Below are positions 1 through 14,022 of a stretch of 64,000 nt of DNA, piece after piece. The position numbers were made by a program, and so were the translations under genes. This DNA is from the human T2T-CHM13v2.0 reference genome, Homo sapiens. Location of the stretch: NCBI RefSeq assembly GCF_009914755.1, contig NC_060947.1; one strand, given 5' to 3'. The notes beneath the pieces were generated by a model, which saw nothing but the letters and a program-made list of their open reading frames with translations, was not told the origin of the DNA and did not search any database. The stretch's first letter is position 1. Every line of letters starts with the position of its first letter.

Positions 1-930
1 TTAAGGTTCGCTCTTGGTGTTGTATATTCTATGGGTTTGAACAAATGTATAATAACATGCATCCTCCACTACATACATACATACATTACATACAGAGTAG
101 ATCTCTATATCTCCTCTGTGTTCCACTTTTTCATTCTTCCCCTCCTCCTAACTCCTGACAACCACTGATCTTTTTACTGTCTATAGTTCTTGCCTTTTCT
201 AGAATGTCACCTAAATTGAACTTATACAGTATGTAGCCTTTTCAGATTGACTCATTTCAATTTAGGAATATGTATTTAAGTTTCCTCCATGTATTTTTAT
301 GGCTTGCTAGCTTGCTTCATTTTAGCACTGAATAATATTCCATTGTCTGAATGTACCACAGTTTATCCATTCACCTACTGAAGAACATTGTGGTTGCTTC
401 CCAGTTTTGGCAATTATGAATAAAACCACTATAAACATCCTTGTGCAGGTTTTCGTGTGGTCATAAGATTTCAATTCATTTGGGTAAATACCAAGGAGTG
501 TGATTGCTGAATCTTATGGTAAGAGCATGTTTCGTTTTGTAACAAACTGCTAAATTATGTTACAAAGTGACTGTACCACTTTGCAATGAATGAGAGTTCC
601 TGTTGCTCTACAATCTCACTAGCATTGGTGTTGTCAGTGTGCTAATAGGTATGTAGTGGTTGTTTTAATTTTCAATTCCCTAATGACATATGTTGTTGAA
701 CGTCTTTTTGTATGCTAATTGCCAGCTTTATATCTTCTTTGATGAGATGTCTGTTAAGGACTTTTGCCCATTGTTTTCACTGCTTTGTTCATTTTCTTAT
801 TGAGTTTTAAAGGTCCTTTGTATGTTTTGGATAACAGTCCTTTATCAGATATATCTTCTGCAAATATTTTCTCCCAGTTTGTGTCTGGTCTTCTTATTCT
901 TTTGATATGTCTGTCACAGAGGAGAAGTTT
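1..930 (-). mobile_element. Old LINE-1 3' fragment (L1MC-like), runs off window start
   Basis: Antisense L1M 3'UTR/ORF2-end motifs (ACCACTGATCTTTTTACTGTC, TTCCATTGTCTGAATGTACCACAGTTTATCCATTCACC, TTGGGTAAATACCAAGGAGTG). Confidence 0.8.
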
Positions 931-2789
931 TTTGTGTTTGATTTCTGGTTAAAAAAAATTAAAAAGCACATCCCTCTTAGGACTGCAGTTTAGAATTTTA
1001 ATTTACCATCATGAACACTATTTTTAAACTTGTGGAGGGTGTAGAAAGGTGATAACATGAATGTATGAATTTTTCAACAGTTTATGTGCTCATCCTTTAT
1101 CACAATACACAGACTATCCTTTTAAATTGTATTAAAAACTCCACGGTTTCCTGCTATGTTATCTTGGTGTCTTGGCATATAATAACGTTTCTTACAAGGG
1201 GTAAGGGGTGCCACAGAAGTTATCTTTATGGTTGAACATGATCTGGCAGTTCAATATATTAGCAGGCTACATTACCTAGGTCTACAGTGAATTGCATAAA
1301 CATTCAGCCTAGTAAAGTAATGCTGCTTTGTAAAAGCTCAAGTATCTTACCCTTGATTTTATTAGAATTCACAATCTTTTCCTTAGTGTATCCCTGTAAA
1401 GTACAGAATAGAATTTCTGAACAGCTTACACTGAATATTAAAGGAAAGGAAAGTCGCTGACAAAGTCAAGGAATTCTTTTTTTTGTTCTCTTTCCCTTTG
1501 AGTAGTGTAATAAACCATTCAGGTAGGTTCTCTGCATTCCAGACATGCAGGCTTCCATGGATGAAGTCCTTCCTCCACAAGTCAACTGCCTTGCTGTCAG
1601 CTCCAATGTCAGTCCCTTCAGACTCTCTGTTTCCATAATATACCCTGACCTGGCATGACCACCTCCTTCATGGTTCAGGAGTCATTGAAAAGCCAGCAAA
1701 GATCAGAGCTGGGTCTCTCCTGAATGAAGCCACTGACTGTGCCCAATTTATATAATTATAGCCAGACAACTGTTCTCTTGGGACTCAGCAGAGGCAAAGA
1801 GAGATGGATTTCTACCACAGTGTTAGAAAATAAAGGACAGTTTCTTATTTTGTAAGCCACCCAGGTGTAGGATTGGACAACATATCACCACTTAGCATTT
1901 GGACAGCAAACTGTTCAGAAATCTATAACCTGTCTCGTGTCACATAGCTGGAGAGAGAACTTTTTTTTTTTTTTTTTCACATCTTTCAGACTTGCTAGCT
2001 TTAAGGCCATCTGTGTAAAGTCCGTGCAGTTGAAAGCAGGCAACTTTGCCCTCAATATAAAGTTGCCATTAGCTGAATCAGCACCGGTTCAGGGAGGTTT
2101 GGAATTCAGCAATTGTAACTTCCTCAATATCATTCGTGGATGTGTCATGTTCAAACCAAACTGGAAAACTTACACCTCTGAGATTTTGAGTACTAGATTG
2201 TCTTTTTGGCACAAATACAGGCATTTTTAACGGGAAATACAGGTTCTCAGAGTTAGTTCAAAATATAAATTTTGAAGTTGAAATAAGGTTTGGATTTTGA
2301 TTAACTGTTTTGTTTGGGAAGATAGAGATTGGCTTGAAGCTCTGGCTTCTTCTGACCCCACTGAATGGCTTTGAAATCATGAAGCAAATACAGTTGTGGT
2401 GCCACAGATCTAGTTTTGTAAATCAGAACAATATCCTGTTTGGCTTCTCATTGGGTCAGCCCCCACATGCCACCTGCCCCTCTTGTAGGCCTTAAGGCCC
2501 CACCACCGTGTAGAGCTCTAAAAAGTTCCAACACCCAGGACCACCTGCAACACTGCAAGGCGCATTGGCTCCATTTTGTTGTTTTAGTTGATGATGATCC
2601 ATACTTCAATTGCATAATATTGCAATGATCAGAGAACATTTTCTGGACAGCTTCTTGGCAATGTACCTTCTTTACTAATAAAGCAAAGGACAGCAGCATT
2701 GTTGTCTTTGTTATTGTTGTTTTCAGTGAAGTTTCCATTTATTTTTTATTTTAATTTGTTGTTTATGCAGCCAGATAGGCAGGCACTGT

Positions 2790-2791
<2 letters not shown>

Positions 2792-2828
<37 letters not shown>

Positions 2829-2831
2829 TGT
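2792..2831. repeat. (TG)n microsatellite
   Basis: Directly visible. Confidence 0.95.
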
Positions 2832-3049
2832 ATTTATTGCTCATAAGTTCGTTGTAATAAATGGGAAAATACATGTCAAGTATATATGTATACAAAAATA
2901 CATGTGAAAATACACAATGTAGTAACTACATTGGGTTGCATTACAAAAATATTGTTAAATGATGTGGCAGATTCAATTAATTTTCAAAAAACATTCATTC
3001 CTTTTCCTTATCTTCATGAAAGAAGAATATTTCCTTAACCTATTAATGC

Positions 3050-3385
3050 CATACTTGGCCAGTAACTTGCTTTGGCTAATGGAATGTAACTGAAAGTGAC
3101 AGTGTGCTGGTACTGGAACTAGCCTTAAGAAGTATTCTATGTTCCTATTTAGCCTCCTGGGACCTTCTAATTTCTGTAGAAAGAAAAACATACTCCTGAT
3201 AGCTGCTGACTATTGAGCCTAATAAGTGTAACACAGTGTAAACTTGACCCAAAGCCTAACGCAGAGCCATTCCAGCCAAACTGCCCACTCAGTAGCAAGA
3301 AATAAATGCCTATGTTGTAAATTATGAAGCCTGGGGGTGGTTTTCAATGCAGCATTATGTCATCAGTCAATAGCTGATCAAATGA
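3050..3385 (+). mobile_element. Degraded MaLR LTR (MLT1, old subfamily)
   Basis: ACTTGCTTTGGCTAATGGAATG...GCCTTAAGA and 3' AATAAATGC...ATGCAGCATTAT...ATAGCTGA, typical of MLT1. Confidence 0.65.
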
Positions 3386-3399
3386 GTGTTATCTATAAT

Positions 3400-3790
3400 T
3401 TTTAAAACATCTTTATTGAGATGTCATTCATATACCATACGATTCATCCCTTTAAAGTATATAATTCAGTGGTTTTAGTATATTCACAGCGATCACAATT
3501 CATGGTTTGAACATTTTCATCAACCCCAAAAAAAACCTTATAGACATGAGCATCACTCCTCACCCTCACTCCCAGCTCTAGGCAGCCTCTATTCTATTTT
3601 CCATCTCTATAAATTATCCCATTATGTGCTTTTCATATAAATGGAGTCATAAAACATGTGGTCTTTTGTGATTGGCTTATTTCACTTAGCATAATGCTTT
3701 CAAGGTTTACTTATGTTGTAGTGTATGAATATTTCATTCTTTTTTATGGCTGGATAATATTCCATTATATAGAGATAGCACATTTATTTA
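3400..3790 (-). mobile_element. L1MB-type 3' end fragment
   Basis: CTTTATTGAGAT...TTTAAAGTATATAATTCAGTGGTTTTAGTATATTCACAG; ATTTCACTTAGCATAATG. Confidence 0.8.
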
Positions 3791-3929
3791 TATCTTAAAT
3801 TTTAACCAGTCTGTTGATTGATATTTACACAGAAAATTAAAATACTAAAGATTGTACCATATATTATGCTAATAAACTTGTTTTAGGAATGTCAGCCTGA
3901 GACAGACCTAGGTATTTTTTTTAAGTATT

Positions 3930-3962
<33 letters not shown>
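3930..3962. repeat. (AG)n microsatellite
   Basis: Directly visible. Confidence 0.95.
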
Positions 3963-4346
3963 AATTAATTAGCTTATTTTCTAAGACTTTATGCTCAGAA
4001 ATTAGGTACATATATTGAACATCTCAACTTTCTCTGAAATAACTTCTATCAACCAGTAATTTAGTTAACCCTTTTGTAATGTAGTCATATTGTTATTCTA
4101 TAGCCTGTCTCAGGTTCATTTTATTGTTGTGAGGATATAGGCAGTTGAATTATACTTTATTTTAACATTATCACAAATACTGTGAGTGCTCCTCAGTACT
4201 CCCATGACAAAGGCTTACCATGATATTAACGCTATGGTTTGTTGGGGGCGGGGGGGAGTTAAACTAGAAATAATAGAAATAATTCTGGTTCCATCTCTTA
4301 TGAGATGTTTAAGGGTGGGTAATTCATGTATTTACAACTTCCAAAA

Positions 4347-4560
4347 TAATAACTGGCATTTATTAAGCACTTATCACGTGTCAGCAATGTTCCCAGCACT
4401 TGACATGTATTTTCCCATTTATTACTCGCAACAAACTTATGAGCAAAGAACCATTAATATTCCCATTTCAAAGATGACAAATTGAGACAAAGCAAGATTA
4501 AGTGATCTAAGGTTAAGACCATGACTTATATTTAGAGACCTCTGACTCCCAACCCAGCAC
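4347..4560 (-). mobile_element. MIR SINE
   Basis: Reverse-complement MIR tail and core (CATTTATTAAGCACTTA...CCCATTTCAAAGATGACAAATTGAGAC...GATTAAGTGA). Confidence 0.75.
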
Positions 4561-5759
4561 TAGTTGCAATTGGACACAAATGTCTCTCAGTCACCATTCG
4601 CCTATCTATGGAATTGAGTTAATATCCATATGATCTTCACAGCTGGGTGTGACAGTATATGTAAATTATACAGAAAGATTAGGATAGCAAGGAATAGACA
4701 GACACAGATTGCCTTCAGTGGTGGGCTTTTTCTAGCTATACGCAGGGGAAGAGAAATGAGATATAACAAATGAACTTTCTGATCACTCTGTTTGATTGCA
4801 CCATGAAATAACTCTGTATCTCAGAAACTGTCTTGCCTGGAACATACCATAGATCTCACAGAAAGTTGGCAAAATAGGTTATCATCATTTAGGATATATT
4901 TTGGGCACCAGTCTCTTCCGAATGCTTCTGTTTTTTTCTCCAATTTATCTGCAGTCATCCGATAGGGAACATTCCTCTTGGGCAGAGTTCCATGCAAAGC
5001 CACCTCAGGGGAAAATAGTCTTTTCTAACAAGTCAGCGTATGAATGGAAGCCCTGGGCCTGAGCTTTGGCATTTTTTTGCAGAAAGAACAACTTGGGGCC
5101 ACCTTTTTTCAGAAGGGAGCTGTGGATCTTGTGTGTACTTAGGACTTGTGGATTCCTCTCTGAAGAAAAGTGCTTCTGGTTAAAATGAAAAGCACTAAAT
5201 TAAATAGAAAATTATAGCATGCTTCCCTTAACCCCTCCCATTAAATTGTAACCTTGAGGAAAATCAAGAGTTTCTCTAACATTTATGTGTTAGAGAAAAA
5301 TAATAAAAATACACAATTTTTAAAGTAGATTAAATGATGTGAATATTTCCTAGACTTCGGATTTTTAAAAAAAATTATTAACCAATACTATGCCTTGCTA
5401 GAGGGGCAATATGGCATAGCAAGAGTGCAGACAGACCTAGGTTTGAATCCTTCTTTCCTTCCTCTACACACACCACTTCCTCCTTATTTCTACTTTGATA
5501 CAAAGTTGGGGATTTTGGAGAGACAGGTGAAAAAAGAGTAGCTATCTAAGAAACTTAAGCAGATGAATAATGATATCAGGTAAGGATGAGTGTAAATGGC
5601 AAACTAAAAGGAGGACTAAAGAAAGAGAAAAGAAACAAAGTTTGTGACACAAGAGAAACACAAAGATTGCGATTGAAGGAAAGTGATGACAGGTTTAGGA
5701 AATAATTGTAAGTGAGGGATTGCAGAATTATTGCCATAGCTTTCTAAAGTAGTCCACCT

Positions 5760-6090
5760 GACTTTACTTTGTCACCAGTTCCAATCCCTCTTCCTCACTA
5801 CAACCAATTGATTCTTTTAAATTATAAATCTTATGTTACTGTCCTTGCTTAAAACTTGGTAGTGGCTCCCCATTGAGTACCAAATAAAATACAAATGCTT
5901 TTTGTCTGTTTTCTATCTCCTCAGCCTTATGTCTAGCTGTTTCCTCTGCACAATAGATTCTCCAGATCTACAGAACTCCCACCACACAGCTAAATGCACT
6001 TTGCTGTTTCACTCTTCCAAAACTTTGCATATGGTATCCAATGCCCCAAATGCCTCTTTGACCCTTCACTTGGGGATTACGACATCCTCA
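5760..6090 (+). mobile_element. Degraded L2 fragment
   Basis: CTTGCTTAAAACTTGGTAGTGGCTCCCCATTG and related pyrimidine-rich L2 3' region; boundaries approximate. Confidence 0.5.
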
Positions 6091-7753
6091 GAGGGCTTAC
6101 TTTTTAGCTGTTCTTCAGAAATCTCTTTCTTCTTTTCCAAACATTTGTGGAACACGTACTGGTTGGGCTCTATGCAGGAAGCTATCGTGCAGAAAATGAG
6201 TAAGACATATTCTTTGTTCTTAACTAACTCACAATTGAAAGTCTCTGTTTTTATCATGCTATTCATGTCCCCTCTTTTTTGAAGACTGATTTTAAGTACA
6301 GAACAGTTTACCTTGATTTTTGGCTCCCAAAAACTTGAACTTTAAATTTAAAAACTAGACAAATGTACAATTGTATTCATATATTCATCTTACATTAATT
6401 TTAATTATTGTAATTTTATCTCATATTAATCTTATATTAATTGTACTGATTATATCACAAGCCAAAATTATAGAAAGCGATTCCACTTGATAAAATGAAG
6501 TTAAATGTTGTTAAAGTATATATAAAGAACAAAGGAATTATGCAGATATAACTGCTTTGTGACAATTAGTAGTTAACTCATAAATACTACATACCTAATA
6601 TGTGCACAGGTGCTATATTTGTAGGCACCGTGGGCAAATTCAAAAGAAGGCAAAAGCATTCTCTGGCATGTAAAGCTTACAACGTGATTATATCTACCAG
6701 GTAGGGACACTTAAATTCACATTTGATAAGGTGGTGGAAAAAGCCTTTCTGCTCTCTTCCTTCCAAATGGAATTTCCTTTCTGTGCCATTAAATGAGGGC
6801 TATGACCCACAAGATCATCATGTTTTCAAAGGGGATTGAAAACTTCTTTAGAATAGAAGTGTGTCTTTTTCTTCTCTGCTTTTTTCATTGCCTGAGAGAA
6901 TACATAGCACATAACAGGCACTTAATTTGTTAAATGAATAAATTTATTGATGGATGGTGAATAAATAGGGTGCTCTGTTCACCTGGTACCCATATTTCTT
7001 TTTTTGAGAAGCATCTTTTTTAAAGAAAGAACCCAAAAGTATGTATGACAATTTCTACTCTGAGCTTTTGTTGTCAGATTGTCAATTTTGGAATCAACAT
7101 AACAGCCATGTTGGTCAAGTTGGAGAGTTTAGGGAAACCCTAAGATATAAATCCAAAACAGTCATTACTGGAGTAGGGGGAAAATCAAACAAACAAAAAA
7201 AGAAAGCCATATTGTCAGTATGAAGACTTATAGCTCTGGTTTACCCAATAGGTAGGCTAGGTGCATGACTAAGGCACCAGCATATCAGGGGCAACAAAAA
7301 GAGACATATAGCTGTAACAAACTTATTTGGCATTTTACAATCATTTCAGTACACATGTATATATTATTTCAAACAAGGAAACTGTATTTTGAAGTACAAA
7401 ACACAAATTTTTTAGGGTCTTCGTCTGGCCCTGCTGACAATGCAAGTTTCTACAATGGAACAAGCAGATTTCACTTCCATTAATAGCTAGGACTCTAATT
7501 AGCCAGACATCTCAGAAAATGACCCATGCAGTCACTGTATTCAATGGTGAAACAGATAGCCATGTGGTAAAAAGGGAATTGTGGCAGGCATTCCCCTTTT
7601 TTTAAGTATTGGGAAGGTGAAGTGATAGCCACAAAACAGGTTTGGATTTTACATTTCCTTATACGTATTTACAGCAAAACAACAACAACAACAACAACGT
7701 ATATAGTTCTGTGGTTGCATATCTATGTGTCTAGGAGTTTTTAAATTACCAGT

Positions 7754-8165
7754 TGGTATGGTTTGGATGTTTCTCCCCCACAAATCTCATGTTGAAATGT
7801 GATTCCCAATGTTGGAGGTGGAGCCTGGTGGGAGGTGATTTGATCATGGGGATGGGTCCTTCATGAATGGCTTAATGCCATCCCTTTGGTGATGAGCGCA
7901 TTCTTGCTCAGTTAGTTCATGTGAGATCTGGTTGTTTAAAAGAGTATGGCACCTCACCTCTCTCTCTCTGGCTTTCTCGCCACGTGACATGGTGCTCCCC
8001 TTGCCTTCTGCCATTATTGTACACCTCCTGGGGCCTTGCCAGAAGCTGATGCCAGCACCATGTTTCCTGCACAGCCTGCACAACCATGAGCCATTTAAAC
8101 CTCTTTTCTTTATAAATTATCCAACCTGTAGTATTTATTTATAGCAACACAAGTGGACTAATACA
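7754..8165 (+). mobile_element. MaLR solo LTR (MSTA/MSTB)
   Basis: TG...CA termini (TGGTATGGTTTGG...GGACTAATACA), 412 bp, perfect 5-bp TSD CCAGT at 7749-7753 and 8166-8170. Confidence 0.92.
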
Positions 8166-9415
8166 CCAGTTACACCAAAGAATTACAAGAAAGGATGGAG
8201 GAGATATCCTACACGTTAGTTTTTCGAAGTTCCTTTGCATCTTTCAATACAAAACACTACTGCAATTTTAATAAGCAGAGTCTGTTTATATCTTGTCTTT
8301 TGTCATTTGATAGTTTTTCTACATTTCCCAACAATTTTCCTCTTGCAAATAAAAGAGCTTAATTATTTCTATAATGGAAGGATTAGAATTCCCAGGAGCA
8401 ATTTTTTCTGCTTAAAAATCGTTGTAGGTATAATAAAATTCAAGTAGTTCATGACCAGTGCAGCTCCTTGTGAAGGCACTGGAATGAAATCTGAAAGACA
8501 AGAAATACCAAAAATGGTAAGGGTTTTTTTTTTTGGTTTTGTTTTTTTTTTTTTTTTTAGCTATTATTAGCTGCTATCATCCAGGTCAGGACCAGGGAGA
8601 ATAAATTAGTGGGGTAAAGCCATAACACAATAGCTGATGCTCATGTAGCTGTTTTTTGTTTATGCAATTTTCACTGCACCAGTTCAAGGCAAGTCTAGGT
8701 AAATTATGTAATTGCTGCCCGGAGAATTTCATTTTGTTGTAGTTACAGCACTTTAGATATGCTTTGCATGCATGCCATTTTTTCTTGCCATTTGAAAACA
8801 GCTAAGCTAATCTTTTTAGGTTTTGAATATTGCTAAGTTGTACTATCTGCGGCTTTTTAAAAATTCTGTAGTTATTATTTTTCCAGAATGTCCATCTCTT
8901 ATTCCTACTCTCTAATGAAGGTCTAATACTCTGTAACAGGCTTATTTTATTTAGCAAAAATAGAACATAGGCTTCTAAGATCTTATTTTCTGGAGGCTGG
9001 TCTCACTTGATGCCAAGACATAACATGACCAACATCATGTATCTTCATGAACCCAGCCCGTCATCTTTCAGGCATACCCTTGACTACCATTCCCAGAAGA
9101 GTAGTGACTATGCTGAGATGTTGATTTGCAGTGATTTTATTTCATTCATTAGGGGTTTATGACACCAAACATTTACAGAATTCCTGCCCTCAAGGAGGTC
9201 CAACAAAAACATTCTCTCTTGGCACATTCTTCTCTCATCTATTTAAAGGCTGACTTTTGGGAGTGCTAGAGCTCTGGCTGCTTGCAGAAGGGAAAGCTAA
9301 ATCTTAACATTTGAAAAAGTTGGCTCATCGGTTTCTTCAGGTCTTGAGGAGGAATAACCATAAGCTTGGTGATTTACATTTTTTGCAAGTTTTGTCTTCC
9401 TGTGTCAATTTATAA

Positions 9416-10564
<1,149 letters not shown>

Positions 10565-11026
10565 TGTCAGGCCTCTGAGCCCAAGCCAAGCCATCGCATC
10601 CCCAGTGACTTGCACGTATACATCCAGATGATCTGAAGTAACTGAAGATCCACAAAAGAAGTAAAAATAACCTTAACTGATGACATTCCACCACTGTGAT
10701 TTGTTTCTGCCCCACCCTCACTGATCAATGTACTCTGTAATCTCTGCCACCCTTAAGAAGGTTCTTTATAATTTCTCCCACCCTTAAGAAGGTTCTTTGT
10801 AATTCTCCCCACCCTTGAGAATGTACTTTGTGAGATCCACCCCTGCCCGCAAAACATTGCTCTTAACTTCACTGCCTATACCAAAACCTATAAGAACTAA
10901 TGATAATCCACCACCCTTTGCTGACTTTCTTTTCAGACTCAGCCCACCTGAACCCAGGTGAAATAAACAGCCATGTTGCTCACACAAAGCCTGTTTGGTG
11001 GTCTCTTCACACGGACGCGCATGAAA
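10565..11026 (+). mobile_element. HERV-H 3' LTR (LTR7 family, type II-repeat LTR7B/LTR7Y-like)
   Basis: TGTCAGGCCTCTGAGCCCAAGCC...CACACGGACGCGCATGAAA termini; 31-bp tandem repeats at 10747-10836; TATAA 10889; AATAAA 10962. TSD CCCGC at 9630-9634 and 11027-11031. Confidence 0.93.
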
Positions 11027-11365
11027 CCCGCCACCATGCCCGGCTAATTTTTTGTATTTTTTTTTTTAGTAGAGACGGGGTTTTACCATGTTAGCCAGGA
11101 CGGTCTCGATCTCCTGACCTCATGATCCACCTGCCTCAGCCTCCCAAAGTGCTGGGATTACAAGCGTGAGCCACCTCGCCCAGCCGAACATTTGGTTTTT
11201 ATATGCTTTGATCTGGCCAATTTGATCTGGCCTCTTGTATGTTGATGGTGCTTTTCTCTGGGTGGTCAGATACTACTGAGGAATGTAAATATACATATGC
11301 AGCTTAAATAAAACTTGGCCTCCTTGTGGATGGTGTTTAGGACAATCTTAACATGGCACCACATC

Positions 11366-11950
11366 TGTGGGGGCCAAGGCTCTTCGTCCCCTAAAGGTTT
11401 GTTAAAAATCACTGACATAAGGCAGATTGATTAATAGGAGAAAAGGCATACAAATTTAGTTAACATGTATACACAGGAGCCTTCAGAATGAAGACCCAAC
11501 TTCCCAATGAGATATAGAAACTTATATACCATCTTGAAGTTACAGAAAGAATGGGGCCTTGGATTCTGGTAAAACAGGTTATGGGAGAAGGTAGAAGAGG
11601 AATTCTATTGAGGAACAACAAATAATTGCTAGGGAGAATGATTGGATTAAGGAGCAGAGATTAACTTGTGAATAGTTTTCTTTGGAATTTAAATGATCCT
11701 TGGAGACAGTCATTATCTTGAAATGGGGTCTGCTCAGGTGTCTTTTTTTTTTTTTTTTTTTTCCCTGTAATGAGTAATGAGATAACAGGGAGGGGAAGAA
11801 GAACAATTGTTCTCTTTGGTGGGTCAGTTCTATCTTTATGTAGATAGGGGAAAAGTCTCTTCCAGTACTTGTTGTTCTCCAAGGGTTTTTAATTAAAAAT
11901 ACCCACTATACCAGGGGGCCTTATATTGGGGTGAAATATTATTTCTTTCA
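11366..11950 (-). mobile_element. ERV1 solo LTR (MER4 group, MER34-like)
   Basis: TG...CA termini, AGGCAGATTGATTAATAGGAGAAAAGGCATACAAATTT motif, 4-bp TSD CATC at 11362-11365 and 11951-11954; subfamily uncertain. Confidence 0.8.
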
Positions 11951-12437
11951 CATCCAAAAGAAGAGTAACTCTGAGTCAAAGGGCATGTAAGCACATGTAG
12001 ATTTTTTTTCAATTGGGCCATGCAACATCATCCTAAATGATTTTCTCAATCTCCACTCCAGTTACTAAAACAATCTCTCCTCAGTTTCTAGCTCCGTTCT
12101 CTGACTCCAAACTCCACCTGTGCTCATTTGTTCCTCCATCTCCTTCATTCGTTCCCACTCTCTTTCTTGCCTCCTCTTCTGGCCTTGCATAACTAATCTC
12201 TTCCCCGAGAAGCTCTTTGCCATTTCTTTTTTATACCCTTTTTTATTTTTTAAACTTTAAATAAGAAAGCATTCCAAATATACAAAAGAGCAAACGTATA
12301 ACAAATACCCATGTACACACCACTGAGATTAAACATCTTTTATGCTCTGGAATATTTTACATAAAATGGAGACTATCTGCTCCTTGAATGTTGCCAGGAA
12401 AAGAAGCTTGTACAACATTTTAAGCCTGGTGTGTGTT

Positions 12438-13109
12438 TGTTACTGGTGGAAGAGATCCAAGTTACTGGTGGCCTAGCCTTAAGGGTCTGTAGCAACTTTG
12501 GTCCTTGCCTCCTCAGAAGAAAGAATTCGACTGCAGGCATAAAGCAAAAAAAGGGACGAGGCAAGTTCTAGAACAGGAATGGAAGTTTATTTTAAAAGGC
12601 TTTAGAACAGGAAAGAAAGGAAAATGAGCTTGGAAAAGACCCAAGTGGGCACGTAAAGGTTAAAGAGAGAAGGTCAAGTGCCCCATTTAACCGTGATCCT
12701 AGGACTTTTATAAGCTTACCTCTTTCCCATGATTCTTCCCTTAGGGTGGGCTTTCTGCATGTCCAATGCCTTCCTTACCCTTTGGAATTGAGCACGTGCA
12801 GTGTGTTTAGGTAGTTATCCGCATGCCCATCTGAGGCTTTCTTCCCTTAGGGTGGAATGTGCCCCCAGAAGTTCACACTTCACCATTTTTGTCTCTTAAC
12901 ATGCATGCCTAGGAAGTTGCTTCTCCCTGGGGCCTACATTCAATTAACATTTTGATGTTAACAGGCGTGGACCATCAGGAAATGGCCTCTCCCTGGCACT
13001 GCTGAATTATCATTTTTAGACAGGCAATGTGATAATTGCTGAACCTGGCATTTCTAGTGGTGGGGGTAGAGTCCTCCCCTACCCCACTCATACCTAACTA
13101 CCTGTAATA
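12438..13109 (-). mobile_element. ERV1 solo LTR (LTR9 family)
   Basis: TGTTACTGGTGG...CCTAACTACCTGTAATA ends; CTTGCCTCCTCAGAAGAAAGAATTCGACTG motif; 4-bp TSD TGTT at 12434-12437 and 13110-13113. Confidence 0.8.
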
Positions 13110-13301
13110 TGTTTATGTTTGTATTTAGATTTTAAAATAAGGACTAAATTTGTTTTTTACATTTATAGATCCATTCAAGTTTTCTGAGTCATTTTGGTAA
13201 GATATAGATCTATATAGATCTAGATCTATATATCTATATCTATATATTTTTTTTAACTAGGAAAAGGTTCATTCTTTTCAGGAAAAAGTTGCCATATTCA
13301 T

Positions 13302-14022
13302 TGTGAGATTAGAGTTCCCTGGACCTCCTCATGGGACTTGCAACAGGGGTGTGGCTTGCTTACTCGGCTGCAGCGCTCAAACCTCTTGCGCGAGGGGCAG
13401 CATACAGGCGAGCGGGTGCTGGGGCCGGGGCGAGCACTTTTGGGCTCCGGCCTCGTGGTAGCTTCTAGGGGTGTGTTACAATTAATGCTTTTGAAGCAGT
13501 TGCCATCTGCAGATGGCTAGGTGTTAACCACTCAGTGGAGAATCAGGGTGACAGCCTATTCATTCCTCTTGGTACCTGGGTCCTTGTCCCCTGTTCATGA
13601 CAAATCAGGTCACACGGACTTGAAGGATGGTGAATGTGGAGGTTTCATTGAGTGATGAAAGTGGCTCTCAGTGGGATGCGGAGCTGGAAAGGGAGAGGAG
13701 TGGGAAGATAATCTTCCCCTGGAGTTCGGCCGTCTTGGCCAAACTCCTCTCCAACCGCCCAGCTGCCTCTTCAACGTTCAGATGCTTCTTCCTTCTCTTT
13801 CTCTGCCATGCTGCTCTGTTCCTCTGCCAGTGGAGTTAGGAGTTTTTATGGGTACAGGATGGAGGCATGGTGGGCCAGAGTGGTTTTGGAAAAAGCAACA
13901 TTTGGGCAGGAAAACAGGGATGTGAAGTTCTCATTTAGGGCTGCAGGCCCAGGGTTGTGGGTGGGGCCTTTGCTGGGGAACCGCTCTCTTCTAGCCAGCA
14001 TTTCCCTGCCTCCTGTCGTATC
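13302..14022 (-). mobile_element. ERV1 solo LTR (LTR1 family)
   Basis: The right end is the reverse complement of the LTR1 start (GATACGACAGGAGGCAGGGAAATGCTGGCTAGAAGAGAGCGGTTCCCCAGCAAAGGCCCCACCC); GC-rich. Confidence 0.8.

Noticed and set aside
2039-2067. 9-bp inverted repeat GGCAACTTT/AAAGTTGCC
   Set aside because: Too short for a pre-miRNA or known structured RNA; compatible with chance.
2465-2500. Possible CTCF-like GC-rich motif and GGCCTTAAGGCC palindrome
   Set aside because: Poor fit to the CTCF core; a 12-bp palindrome is unremarkable in 64 kb.
764-8447. Short ORFs of 60-126 aa in the first 8.5 kb
   Set aside because: No recognisable domains, many non-ATG starts, and several overlap L1/MIR/L2/MST relics; expected by chance.
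10747-10836. 31-bp direct repeats resembling a CRISPR array
   Set aside because: No unique spacers, eukaryotic context, and they are the known HERV-H LTR type II repeats.
13302-14022. GC-rich stretch resembling a CpG-island promoter with overlapping ORFs
   Set aside because: Explained by an LTR1-family solo LTR.
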